Of a DNA stretch of 64,000 bases, positions 25,766 to 37,100 are shown piece after piece. The notes beneath the pieces were generated by a model that was not told the DNA's origin, did not search any database, and saw only the letters and a list, made by a program, of their open reading frames with translations. The DNA comes from Amphiscolops sp. MND2022 (taxonomy: Eukaryota), in NCBI GenBank assembly GCA_964187785.1, contig OZ076409.1, positions 26,724,001-26,788,000 of the forward strand, written 5' to 3'. Numbering within the stretch: position 1 is the first letter of the stretch; every line of letters starts with the position of its first letter. Made by a program: the position numbers and the translations under genes.

Positions 25766-26188
25766 AAAAACCAGAGCCGCATATGCGGTAAAGGAGTCGG
25801 CTTAGGTCTTTTTCCTTCTGACTCGCTCCAATCCCAGTTATACGAATTTATTGAAATTGCACACATAGGACCATATTATGGTGTAGAAAATGACTGTAGA
25901 AAATTTTGTTCGAATAGTATGGACAGTTTTTGAGAAAATCGAAAAAAGTCGAAAAATGGCTGTTTTTGGGCTAATTCTTGCTATCTTTCTCACATTCCAG
26001 TCATACGATTTTGATGCCTTTGTGCGCGCAGGGGCCCCTTTGGGTGTAGAATGACTGTGCAAAATTTTATGAAAAACGTATGGACAATTTTTGAGAAATT
26101 TGAAATTTTCATGAAATGGTCGGGAGAAAAATTTTAAAAAATGACACGATTGAATAAGTAGTCGAAATTTTTTTCCGACTCCTAAAAA
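25766..26188 (-). mobile_element. HINE-like element, family B, copy 1
   Basis: Subterminal inverted pair AGGAGTCGG / CCGACTCCT, terminal palindrome CCGCATATGCGG, partial inverted repeat AGTAGTCGA near the other end, and A/T-run termini. Second copy at 56401-57270. Confidence 0.7.
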
Positions 26189-27379
26189 CTGGATTGGTCG
26201 GCAACTTCGAAAAAAACAAAGTCCCAATTTTTGAAACCGTTTTCCAACTTGATGCATCGTGTCGTCGTTTCATTTCTCTGATTTTCGATTTCAAATTTGA
26301 GAATACCTTGCCCACTGGACTGCAATTTGAATATAACCATGTTTGTTGATCACTAAACATCTGGTAAATTACAAAAACGTTCAGTCGATAATGAAATTAG
26401 TCAATTCAATTATCTTCTTCATTGGTCTTTGATCTATGTTCGCTTGAGTTACCTTAAATTTGGCGCTGACTGTAATTTCAATCCCAAAAGAAGCCTGTAA
26501 ATTACTGGAAATAGTCCAAATTATGTAGGTATGGGTAATTTCGCTTCAAAAACAGCGGAATGAACTTGTACTGGAAATCGGTTTCGAATAACAAGAGACA
26601 ATTTAGAGCTTTTCCTGTTGAGTAGTTGCAAAAACACCTGACAACATGACATTGATCCAACTCTGATTACTCAGAGCAAATCCATGTCAGGAAAATGTTG
26701 ACTTAAAATTCAAAGCAAAGACCGTTGATTTCTTCAAGATAAATTAGCATTTGAGTTTGAACCGACTAATCTTCATCTGAACCGCCCTAAAATTCCAGAC
26801 AGTAGGTTTCACAATTGGTTTCACGCGAAAAGGATTTGCAACAAAGCCGAAAACTGGTTGATTTGGGCTTGTTTAATTTGGAAATTCCGTTTTTAGGGAA
26901 TGTGAACAAATTCCGTTTGGTTTCAAGGTTACTTCTAATTGAAGAGGAAAATTGTTTGGCATTTGAACATTGCTGATTATCAGCGAACTATTGGAATAGA
27001 ATGGAATTTGATTTGCATATACCTTTGGTTTTTCATTGATGCGAAGAGTGGCGTAGTAAATATATTTGCAATTGAATTCTGAGAATTTTATTTGACTGAT
27101 GGAGACTTTTACCGTGTAGTGTAATTATTTTCGATGCTGTCAGTGAAACGCAAAGCTCTCAGTGAATCTTCAAAAAACGTTGAAGTCCTTGCTTCTCATT
27201 TGAATTATTATTTTTAAAAATTTGACTTAATTTTTTGAAGGTTATTGTATTCTGCTTGTATAGCTGATATGAAATCGATATTTAAAATAACAATGTTTTC
27301 TGTAACTGGAAACGTATCGTAATGATAGTGAGCTATCTATAGAACTAAAAACGTGTTAGTCAACAAGAACTAAAATGGC

Positions 27380-30300
27380 AACGGATTGTTTGTCAACAGT
27401 TTTAATGACGTCTGTTGCTCTTCATTTCCCCCTCTGCAATTGGATGGGAAGTATCCAATGGGGTTCCGTTGCCGTCCAGATTGCTGTTGTGGTCGGTATG
27501 CCGTCCGCGTCCTGTTGTTGATGTATCCGAATTTCAGCCGTTTTGAGGTGTTTCCTGTAATCAGTTTGGTTAATACGGATATTTAATCTAACAATTGGGT
27601 TTGTTTACGTTAGAAGTTTTGACCGGCGTAGGTTAGTTTCTTTTATGTTTTCTATTTCTTTTTCAATCTTTTCAATCTCGGTGGTAGAGCTAAGGTTGCT
27701 GGCTAGTTCTAAGTTTGACTCAATTCCCTTTTCAAAAGTATTTTAGGTTACCGTACCGTTGGTGTCTTTAATGTGGAGGTCTTGTCCTGATTGTTGTGTG
27801 TCGCAGATTATTTGTTCGATGTCGGAAACCGACATTTGATCCGCATTGATTGTCCGGGGACTAAGTTGTTTGTTTTTACCATTTCCCGGTCTTTTTTCTG
27901 GTGAAAACGATTATTCCCGGTTTCGGATGAGTTTGGGCCTTCCTCTGCTGAATGTTCCAGATTTTAGGGTGCCCTGTATTTCTGATCTGGTGTTCGTTGG
28001 ATCGTCTTGTAATGGAGATCGATCGGGAGTGGCCGGGGTATTGTCTTCTTTGCGTGGCAAATCTTCCGTCCGGTCCTCTTGGTCCAGTACCACTGTCGAG
28101 GGTTCCTGTTCAAATAGTGTAAGTGGTTTAGTGATTAGTTTAAGGTGAATTGTTCTATTATCAGCTATAGTTACGATGTGATTTGTTTCCTTTACAGCTG
28201 TTTGTAGCTGGACTGAATATGGACTTTCAAATTCAGTTTTTGTGTTTTTCCGTTTGAAGAATTGCAACGGATATTTACTAACCGTCATTGTCGACTTTCT
28301 CTTTTGTTTCATTGAAAGATGGTCGTTGCTACTGCCTTCTCCACCTTTTCCACGGAATATGTAAACCTGTAAGGTTTCTGGCTTTGCTGAAAAAGAATGG
28401 TTATTTGTTAGTTTTTTGATTTCGTTTATTTTTAACATGTTGCTCAATTCCGTATTCGGTTCTCTACCGAAATGCAAATCAAATTCCGATTTCTTTAGCT
28501 TATTGTGTGGGGTAGTTCGCATTATTTCGTATGCTAAGTCGAAAGATTTTCCGAAAGATTCTCTGCTTTAACGTTAGTTAATAGGTTTTCCCTTAATGTT
28601 CTCACCTCACGCTCTTCTAAGCCGGTCGGGGTATGAATATGCGGCGCGTCCCGTATTTTATCGAAAAGTAATTCTTTTGGCAAAATTCTAAAAATTAGTG
28701 GCCCGTAAATGCCAACGCTTTGTCTTTTCTTATCGTTTTTGGTATACCGTTCAACTGAATGTACTGTTGAAGGGAATTTACCGCCGTTTTCCGTCTGTTG
28801 ATTTACATAGACTGGCGGCCGGACATAAACTGTCCCGGTCCATGGAAAATAAAATATAAAATCTACGATTCTCTTCCGTGATTGGTCCGATGAAATTCAA
28901 TTGGATTTCTTCATTTGGCGAATTTAATGGTGGTCGACGATTTGTTCCGTCTTAGGTATATTTGGTTAAAGATTCTTACCAGAGAGTTTACACGGTATGC
29001 AGCTGTCACACTTTCTTTGGATCGCTTCTGAGAGCTTCGGCCAGCAGAAGTGTGTTGTCGCCATCGTCAAATTTTTTATGGTGTGATGTCCTTCCTCTGT
29101 GCAGGAGTGTAATAAATGCAGGTGGTCCGTAGATTGGCGGGGCAATAAGTTTTTCTTCGAAGAATACTAGTCCGTACCTCGGTGACAATTTCCAATTGTA
29201 CTGGTAGTATTCTTCGGGGATGATGTCATATTGCTTTCTCTCCAGCATACGAGGGTCTTTAGTAGTTTCGGATCGTTAGTTGTTTCCGTCATCAGTAGTT
29301 GAAGATCCGTTGCGAATTCTTTTTTGGTTTCTCTGACGGTGTTTTCGTGGTCCCAGTTTTTTGGCTCTATTGCCTGTGTTTTTGACCCATTTTGATATAT
29401 TGCACGCTCTTTACTCCAAGATATTTGGCCCAGTTAATGGTTGGTACTTCCAGTACCAACGGTGCCAATTCTGAGTCGCTCGAATTTCCTCCCTCCTCCA
29501 TTGGTGTTTCGTCCGGTGCATAGGAGGTAGTAGGACGTGCTTGGGAAGTGCTTGGCCGGTTATACTCTTGGGGGATAAATCACCCTTCAAAGTCCTGTGC
29601 TTCTGTGAACTGCCAGTCTGGGAAGTAATCGGTTTGTTGCTGGTTCAGAATTGGCCGGTTTCTAATTTCTACGGCCGGGCTTTCTAATCTTCGGATTATC
29701 TCCGAAAGTCTTTCTTCGATTGTTCTTCTCTCGCCGCGAAGAAGTTTTGGTTCGTGGTATTTGTTCCACTTACCATTTGATAATCGGTAAACCCCCGGCT
29801 TTACAATGTTTTGCCATCTTTCAGTTAGGTCGGTTGTCTCTTGGGATGATTCGATTTTTTCAAAGCTGTCAATGGTTTTAGCGACCTTTGTTATCAGATT
29901 AATTGTCGATTTGAATTCAACGTCACTGTTTGAGGTGCGATCAAGGCGATCAAGGCTAATAATGGCGTTTTGTTCAGGGGCGTTGTCCGTTGACCGATAT
30001 CTGTTTGTTTTTGTCAAGTTTGTTGGTTTGTTCTCGGAACGTGATTGGTTGAACCGGTTGCTAAGGCAACCGAATTTAGAAAAAAATCCGTAGTGCGGTG
30101 CTATGCTGTTAATCATATACTCTTCTTCGTATGCATCATCCTTTTGCGCCGATGTGATAGGATTTCTACTCAAGTTATCCGTGAGCGCTAAGTGTTTTCC
30201 GGCGATGTGGTTTACGTGTATTGTGAAATGTGCTAATCGGTCGAGAAAGCGTGTTAGGCTTGCGCTGTACGTTTTGTTTGAGCTGTTGCGTTTCAATAGC

Positions 30301-30940
30301 GGTTCTAATGCTTGGTGATCCGTCAGTAAATTGACGGGTTTTCCGTAAATGTAGAGGCGGAAGGATTCTAACCCCCAGACTACCGCTAGTAAATCCAGCT
30401 CGTTGATTGCATATTTTTTTCTGTATCCGATAGAAATCTGCCTGCGAAAGCTATTGGTTTCAAATCGCCGTTATCTTGTTCTTGCCAGAGAGTTGCGCCT
30501 AGCCCTTTTGTACTGGCGTTGGTTGTAATTGTGTTCGGTCGAACGGAGCTATAGTGTACCAAAGACGGTATTGCCGTGATTTTGCGCTTGAATTGGTTAA
30601 ATGCTTCGGAGTGTTCCGTTGTCCAATTCCAGTTGTTTTTCTTTTTTAACAACTGTCTCAATAAGTCTGTCTGTGCCGACAGATTTTCGTTGTGTTTTGA
30701 CAAATACTGAATTGCCCCCAGAAAGGAGTTTAATTCATTCTCGTTTTTGGGTTCTTTCAATTCTTGAATTGCTTTCACTTTGTGCTGTAACGGTCTGATA
30801 CCGTTTCGGTCAATTTGGTGACCTACCCACTCTGTTTCGGTTTTGAAAACTTCCGTTTTGTTTTCACTCAGTCTATACCCTGCGTTTTCTACTTTTGTTA
30901 ATACCTCGATTAACTCACGTTTATATATAACGACATGAAA
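27380..30940 (-). mobile_element. Ty3/Gypsy LTR retrotransposon pol relic (RT C-terminus, RNase H, integrase); 5'-truncated and frameshifted
   Basis: ORFs 30386-30967 (WVGHQIDRNGIRP..ELNSFLGAIQY..NASTKGLGATLWQ..PIAFAGRFL), 29580-30296 (HIAGKHLALTDNLSRNP) and 27911-28522 (RTTPH..DLHFGREP), in RT-RH-IN order. No LTR pair found. Confidence 0.9.
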
Positions 30941-32320
30941 CCTAGATGATAAAAAGTAGCCGCACACTGTTTCAGAATCTTCAAACTTTACGTGCAGCGG
31001 TAAATATTACAGGGTTATCAAGGAAAAACATAGAAACTCTTGAGAGTTTTTGAAAGACGTTCGTGAATAAGACAGCTCTAGAATTGCTATCGTTGTGAAA
31101 ATTTGTTTTCAGATTTTATCAATTTAATTCACCTCATGATGCATCAAAAATCACAAAGAGTACTTCACTCAATAGTTGAAGTTGAATTCTCATTCAAAAA
31201 ATGAACAAAACAAGACACCGGCTGAGTACGGGAAGTTTTTCTCCCTGGAATAATTTAACATCAACAATTTTTGAAAACCTCGACCTTACTCGTTAAAATA
31301 ATAACTAACATCTTCATAAAAACATGAACCTATTTTTTAAATGCAGCGATTATAATATCTCAATTGTCAAGATTTAAAAATCAAATTTATATAAAGGAAA
31401 GCCCCTGAGAGGTTTTTTGTTATCCCATATCAGAAATGTTTCGATGATAACAATGCAGAGAAAAGTAGAAACAACTTGGTTTCAATGAGTTCATACCGCA
31501 AGTAATCGTCGAGAAAGTCACGGGATTACAACAGTTTTTCGTGGAACGTTTTGCGCTAAGACACAAAAGGAGAGAGACTGTATTCTACACATGCATTTCA
31601 AGTGTTTGGAAGGCATGGCACTTATTCGAAATCTTCAGAGACACTGTATACAAATAGACGCCTAAATTAACGTTCAAATTTCAAAACGTTCATGGTTTGA
31701 CATTCATGTGGGTTTGAACCTTTTCAACTAGGAAAACTTGATATCAAAACGAAGCGTCAAATTATGAAATTAGGAAATACGAAGTTTTTTGTCATTTTTG
31801 AAGACTCCCTCAGTATCATACTTTTTTACGTAATGATATCTAAAAAGAGTTGTCAGCGTTCATCTTGCATCATTAAAAAAACAAGGGTTACAAGTTTACA
31901 CCCCTTCGCTTGAACATGCTTGCTTTGTTTGGGTTGTTAAAGACGAAAGATGCCGTTATTAAGGTACACTATTAGCGACAAAACAACCAAACCGCAATAA
32001 CAAACACGACGGGAAGTCTCAAAAATGAGCTCAGCGTCAGAAAATTTCCAATAAATTCGCACTGTAAACTTTTTCAAAAGGCTGTTTCTGACCTAAAAGC
32101 ATTGACAATCCAAATGAACGACACTTCGACGGTCGACGGAATTAAAAGAAAAAGAAACTTTCGCACAGTCACAACAACCGAAAGGTAGGACATTTAAATT
32201 CGAGTTTGGACGTTATAATGCATTTTATAAGCTTAGTTCGATTTAAAAAGGCATTGTTTAAATTCCCGTCATGACCTTTCTGCCTGGCTAGAAAACTACT
32301 GTTCAGCTGATTCTATTTTG

Positions 32321-32785
32321 AACAAGACGGGAACGTCCCAAGTCGGCGCCATATCTCAGGCTCAAAAATTTTCAAGGAACAACTATTGGAAAGATTTGGA
32401 AAAAATATTTTTTTTTCAAAAAAAGAATTTTTTTAAAAAAAGTTGCACAATGATGAAAAACTCAAAAAGAGGCCATTTAGACTCATTAAACGCTTTTACA
32501 AACCGAAAACTTCAAAAAAATGCAAGGCAAATCTACACTTTGATAGAATTCGAAAAAAGTCGCATAGTGCCGAAAAAACCCAAAGGGGGGACCCTTTGGT
32601 CTCGTCTCTACTTTTGTACTTTTGGAAGCATAAAAAATTTGTGGTTTAGTGCGAGAATCGAACCCACGATCTCCTGCTTCTCATAAAATTAGTTGAACAT
32701 ATGAACAAAAGATTGTAAAAAAGTGGACCATTCAGAGTGTAATAGTCGGGCTTTTTTCCTAAAGATAAAATACGCCGACTAAAAA
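32321..32785 (-). mobile_element. HINE family A copy
   Basis: AACAAGACGGGAACGTCCCAAGTCGGCGCC at the start and ATAGTCGGGC..ACGCCGACTAAAAA at the end. Confidence 0.8.
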
Positions 32786-32922
32786 TAGTTGCAGCGCTTT
32801 TGCCCCGTTTTTGTGGAAAGCACCTAGAAGCACAAAGCACATTTGACATATGGTAAACTGTGGTATCCTCGCCAAAACATTGCAAACTACTGATGCTTGT
32901 CAAAATCTTTTAATTTTATCGA

Positions 32923-34074
32923 TGTTGGCGCCTCAAAATTTGTTCCGAAAAATTGAAGGAAAAATAAGTCGAGTTAGCCAATTTCAAAATGATGTAAAAA
33001 TGTGTAGAATTGAGTTTGAGTGCTAGTTTTTGCCCAATCGACATATTTTGACCCAAATGAGAGATTTAGGCTGAAAAATTGAAAATCGAAGACAAAAATT
33101 TTTAAATTCTTGTCTTACGTCCCAATTTTGACCCTTTCCTTAATTTAAGAGTATATTTGAACTGTAATCTTTGTTTAATGTGTTAAAGTCGTTACGAGCT
33201 CCTTATTTGGGCTACCTGGGTGCTCTGAGGATCCAACAGCACCATTTACAAACATCGTTGATTATTCTATAGCAAATAACATGTGTAAATGTATGCCTTA
33301 ATCTTGCTTAAATGTATGCCTTTTATATATACTTTTACATATTTTTGTGTATACCTCTAGCCCAGTTAAATAGTTTGTTTCTGCTTATTCTATATATCAA
33401 GGCGCTTGTATGGTGATGGTAAATTTAACCACAAACATCCGCCATTTGGTATTTCCCGTATGAAAAAGTAACCAGAGTTAACTCCTACTAAGACACAGCA
33501 ACCAAGTAGAGATTCAAATCAGTCGACTTTGCTACTCAAGTATTGAAGAAAGTGAAAGCTTGGAAGTTTCTCGTACGATTGATTCAGTTAACTCTGGCTA
33601 TTGAAGAGCTTTTTGGAGTTGAACGAGTGATATTACATTGTTTCGAAATTCCAACGTCAATTTATTATATTGCATATGGTTGCGATATTTTTGCTTGAGA
33701 AAGTTATCGTGGACACAAGGATTGGGATCGATCGATTGGTTTAGCAGATCAACAGAAGCTACTCTTCATCAGGACAGCTAAGTTGATTCCTATAGTCACA
33801 GTTTAAAGCTACTTTATGTTTGCGAAACAGAATAAGTACAAAGTCAAAGATGCAGTAATTGCTTCACCGAATTCCGAAACTTATTCAAAGTAACGCAAGC
33901 TAAAATTTTCATTGAAATTAGTTGCAAATCACCTATTGAAGGTTCGTGATTAGTGGTTTTTGCAAGTGCCTTTCCTGGACAAATCAGATATAGAAATTGT
34001 CCTCCGCAAGTTGTCAACCAGGCCGTCGTAAAGCTTGGTAAGTGTTTCTGTTAGTTTACCTTGCAGACGCAAAA
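32923..34074 (+). repeat. 5' LTR of BEL/Pao element
   Basis: TGTTGGCGCC...TTGCAGACGCAAAA. By eye it differs from the 3' LTR by about 4 substitutions and 2 small indels. Confidence 0.97.
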
Positions 34075-34077
34075 TTT

Positions 34078-34095
34078 TGGTGCCGCGACCCAGGA
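34078..34095 (+). promoter_or_regulatory. Primer binding site (tRNA-Phe- or tRNA-His-like)
   Basis: TGGTGCCGCGACCCAGGA lies 3 nt after the 5' LTR. It resembles the TGGTGCCG.. PBS of Phe/His primers; the exact tRNA cannot be resolved. Confidence 0.8.
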
Positions 34096-34171
34096 AGGCA
34101 CTCTGCAAATTTAACCCATTTGAGCTTTGTGAAATTTGCCTATCTGACCGCTGTGAAAAAAGCAAAAGACA

Positions 34172-37100
34172 ATGGCTGAAGGTGGGTTTTATGATCCTCA
34201 ATTCATGACCGTGTCAAAAAATGGAACTGAAAGAAAAGTCCCATTTTCGGATTCGTTAAAAAACTCATCCACGTTGAGCGACTGGATCAATCATGAAAAA
34301 CGGGTATTTGACATTGTCTCGACCATTCGAAATATGGAACATGACTTGCGAAATATCAAATCAAACAATCCAGTTCTTTGGATCGATAAGGGCAATTTTT
34401 GTTTAAAGTTTTGGGCGTCTAAGGATGAATTGAAGAAAGAATTCGAACTGTATCTTCCAATGTTGAAAGAAAAGAACCAATATAATCGCAGAACGGCTCT
34501 TAGGAAACTAAATTTGGAATTCGAAGAAAGATTCACAGAATGGTGTAAAGACCTCCGAAATCTTGGATTTATCGGTAGCCTTTCCCAGAAATTAAAAGAT
34601 GAAGGAGACTTGCTGAAGTTTTGTAAGTCCATGGATCAATTTTCCGAAAAGACACGAAACTTGTCCAGTGAATTAGATACGATTAACAACTTGATGAAAC
34701 AAGAAGAAAAGTCAAGTAAAGTGAAGTCATCTATACAAAAACTACAAGAATTCAAAAGTAAGCTGGATAAGGTTTACGAAAGTGTTTGTAGCCAGCTAAA
34801 AACGGAATCAATTGGAGAGTTGTCAATGTTTGAAAAGGAAATTAGAGAATTCAGTGTGAAAATACAACAAGCGACGACAGATTCATTGAACTATGTCGAT
34901 CGTTTGAATGAAGTAAAAGATCATTGGAACCAACCAATATCTTCAGATGGGTTGGGGGAAACTACCTCCATGAAAGACATTCCAGTGACATCGACTGGTG
35001 ATGAAGGTAGTCAAACTCGGAATTTGCGCCAAAGTGCAAACGATACACTAGAAAAGAGTCTGAAATTGCTGAGAGATGTTAACCAATCCACAGCGTTTGA
35101 TAAGAGTGAAAACCGTACGGAAGTTGCTCCTCGGCAAACAGGATCAGCGACTTTGAGTACAGTGAAGCGACGTTCATTAGTGGACTTCTCACCTTCAAGA
35201 ACTTTGCCGAAAAGTGATATCTGCAAACCGTTGGGCTCAAGAGTGGGTTGCGAGTTGTCAAGGGTTAGTGAACTACGACGCTTAGAGATGCATGCTAAAG
35301 TGTTAGAACAAAAGTCTCAGTTAGAAATTGAGAAAAGGCAGCGAGAATTGAAACTGGAGAAAACGAAAAAGCAAATGGAGATGCATCAGAAGCTCCAAGA
35401 TCTACAAGCGGAAGCTGAAATTGCTGAAATGGAAAGCAGAAAAGCGCTTGAGCAGCACGAAATGAGACTGCAAATAGAAGAAGCTGAAGGGTCAGTTCGT
35501 GCTGTGTCGATTTGTCCCAGCTTGATGTCTCTCACCCTTGGAGAAGACAAAAACAGTGACATCAGAAGCTGGTTAGAACGAAGTGATGAAAATCTCGAAA
35601 AGGGCTTTTCACAACCGAAGGAATCTAGTAGAGAGGTAGAAATCAAATATGGATCAAGAAGACTACCTCAGAGATTCCCAAAACACTCTCCTCTGAGAAA
35701 TCATTTGCTGCCTTCGCAACCTCAAAGCAGGGGTACCAGTAAGTCACCTCCGAGAAAAAACGCTGGAATCACTTTTCCGAAAACAAAACCTTCACTTCAG
35801 CAACGCAATGACGAACCGAAGCCTAAACATGAAGTCGCGAATCCCACTTTCAAAGTAAAAAATCCTTTTCCTTCCTTTACCCCAGCAGTACCTCTACAGC
35901 AACCTGTACAATTTGTTCAAACAAGTTTACCTAAGCTAAAATTATCTGAATTTCACGGAGATCCATTAGAATGGCCGGAATGGTCCAGCTTGTTTACAGC
36001 AACCATCCATAATGCACCTATCGATGACAATGCAAAAATGAGTCATTTGAAATCGCTCGTTTAAGGTAAAGCCAAGGCGGCAATTGCTGGTCTTGGATAC
36101 TCAGGAATCATGTATAGTGCTGCATGGAATGCTTTGGTTACCAATTTCGGACGTCCGCAAACAACTGTGAATGCGCAGATGAAGCAAATCCATCTGAGTC
36201 CGTTTATCAAGTCGCATGACTCAGCAGCTATTATAAAGTATGCTCAGTTGATCACTACTTGTGTCAACGTATTGAAACAATTTGGTTTCACTGGAGATTT
36301 GTACTCAGAATCAGTCCTCAATTCAGCTTTGAGAAAGTTACCTCCTGAATTGAAAACAAAATGGTTTTTTCTTGCAAAAAGCAAAAGCTACTATAATGCA
36401 GATCTTTGCAAATTTAGCGAGTGGCTAAATGAAGTTGCCTATGTGCATGATGAAATGATGGTGCAATTCAAAACACCATTTGAGAAAAAAGCCACTGGAT
36501 CAACCGAAAAGGTTAAGACTTCAACATTTGCTGCCAATGACCAAGATAAACATCAACTTCTATTAAGCAATGTCCATTAAAAGATGGCGAACATAAACTT
36601 TGGATGTGCAACAAATTCAAACAGCAAGCTGTCAGCGAAAGATATGAAACGTTGAAAAAACTGAAACTTTATTTCTGTTGTCTTAATTCTCATCTGATTA
36701 AAGACTGTAAATCAGAACGTGTCTGCGGTATGAATGGTTGCACTAAGAAACACAACAGGCTTCTACACTCTGATGCGCAGAAAATAGATAAAGTCACCAA
36801 TGACAAGAAAACAGAAGACTCGGTGCCTCAAAGCAGGGCCGGCAGCTCTTCAATGATTTCGACAGGCAGTAACAGTTTCTTACAACTGATTCCTATTTCG
36901 ATAGGTAATGAAAAACGATGCGTTGAAACCATTGCGCTCTGTGTTACCGGATCCACTGTTTCGTTTATGGATCAAAGTTTGGTTGATCTTCTCAGGTTGA
37001 AAGGTAAAGAGTCCGTAATGTCCGTTGCTGGCATTCATGGTTTGTCTGATTTGAAAACGCAAATAGTAACAGCCAAAGTGGGTTCCAGCGAGACAGAAAC

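Noticed and set aside
33950..34201. Antisense ORF over the LTR end (also 41752-42093)
   Set aside because: The shared peptide only reflects LTR duplication. The starts lie in unrelated flanks and there is no recognisable domain.
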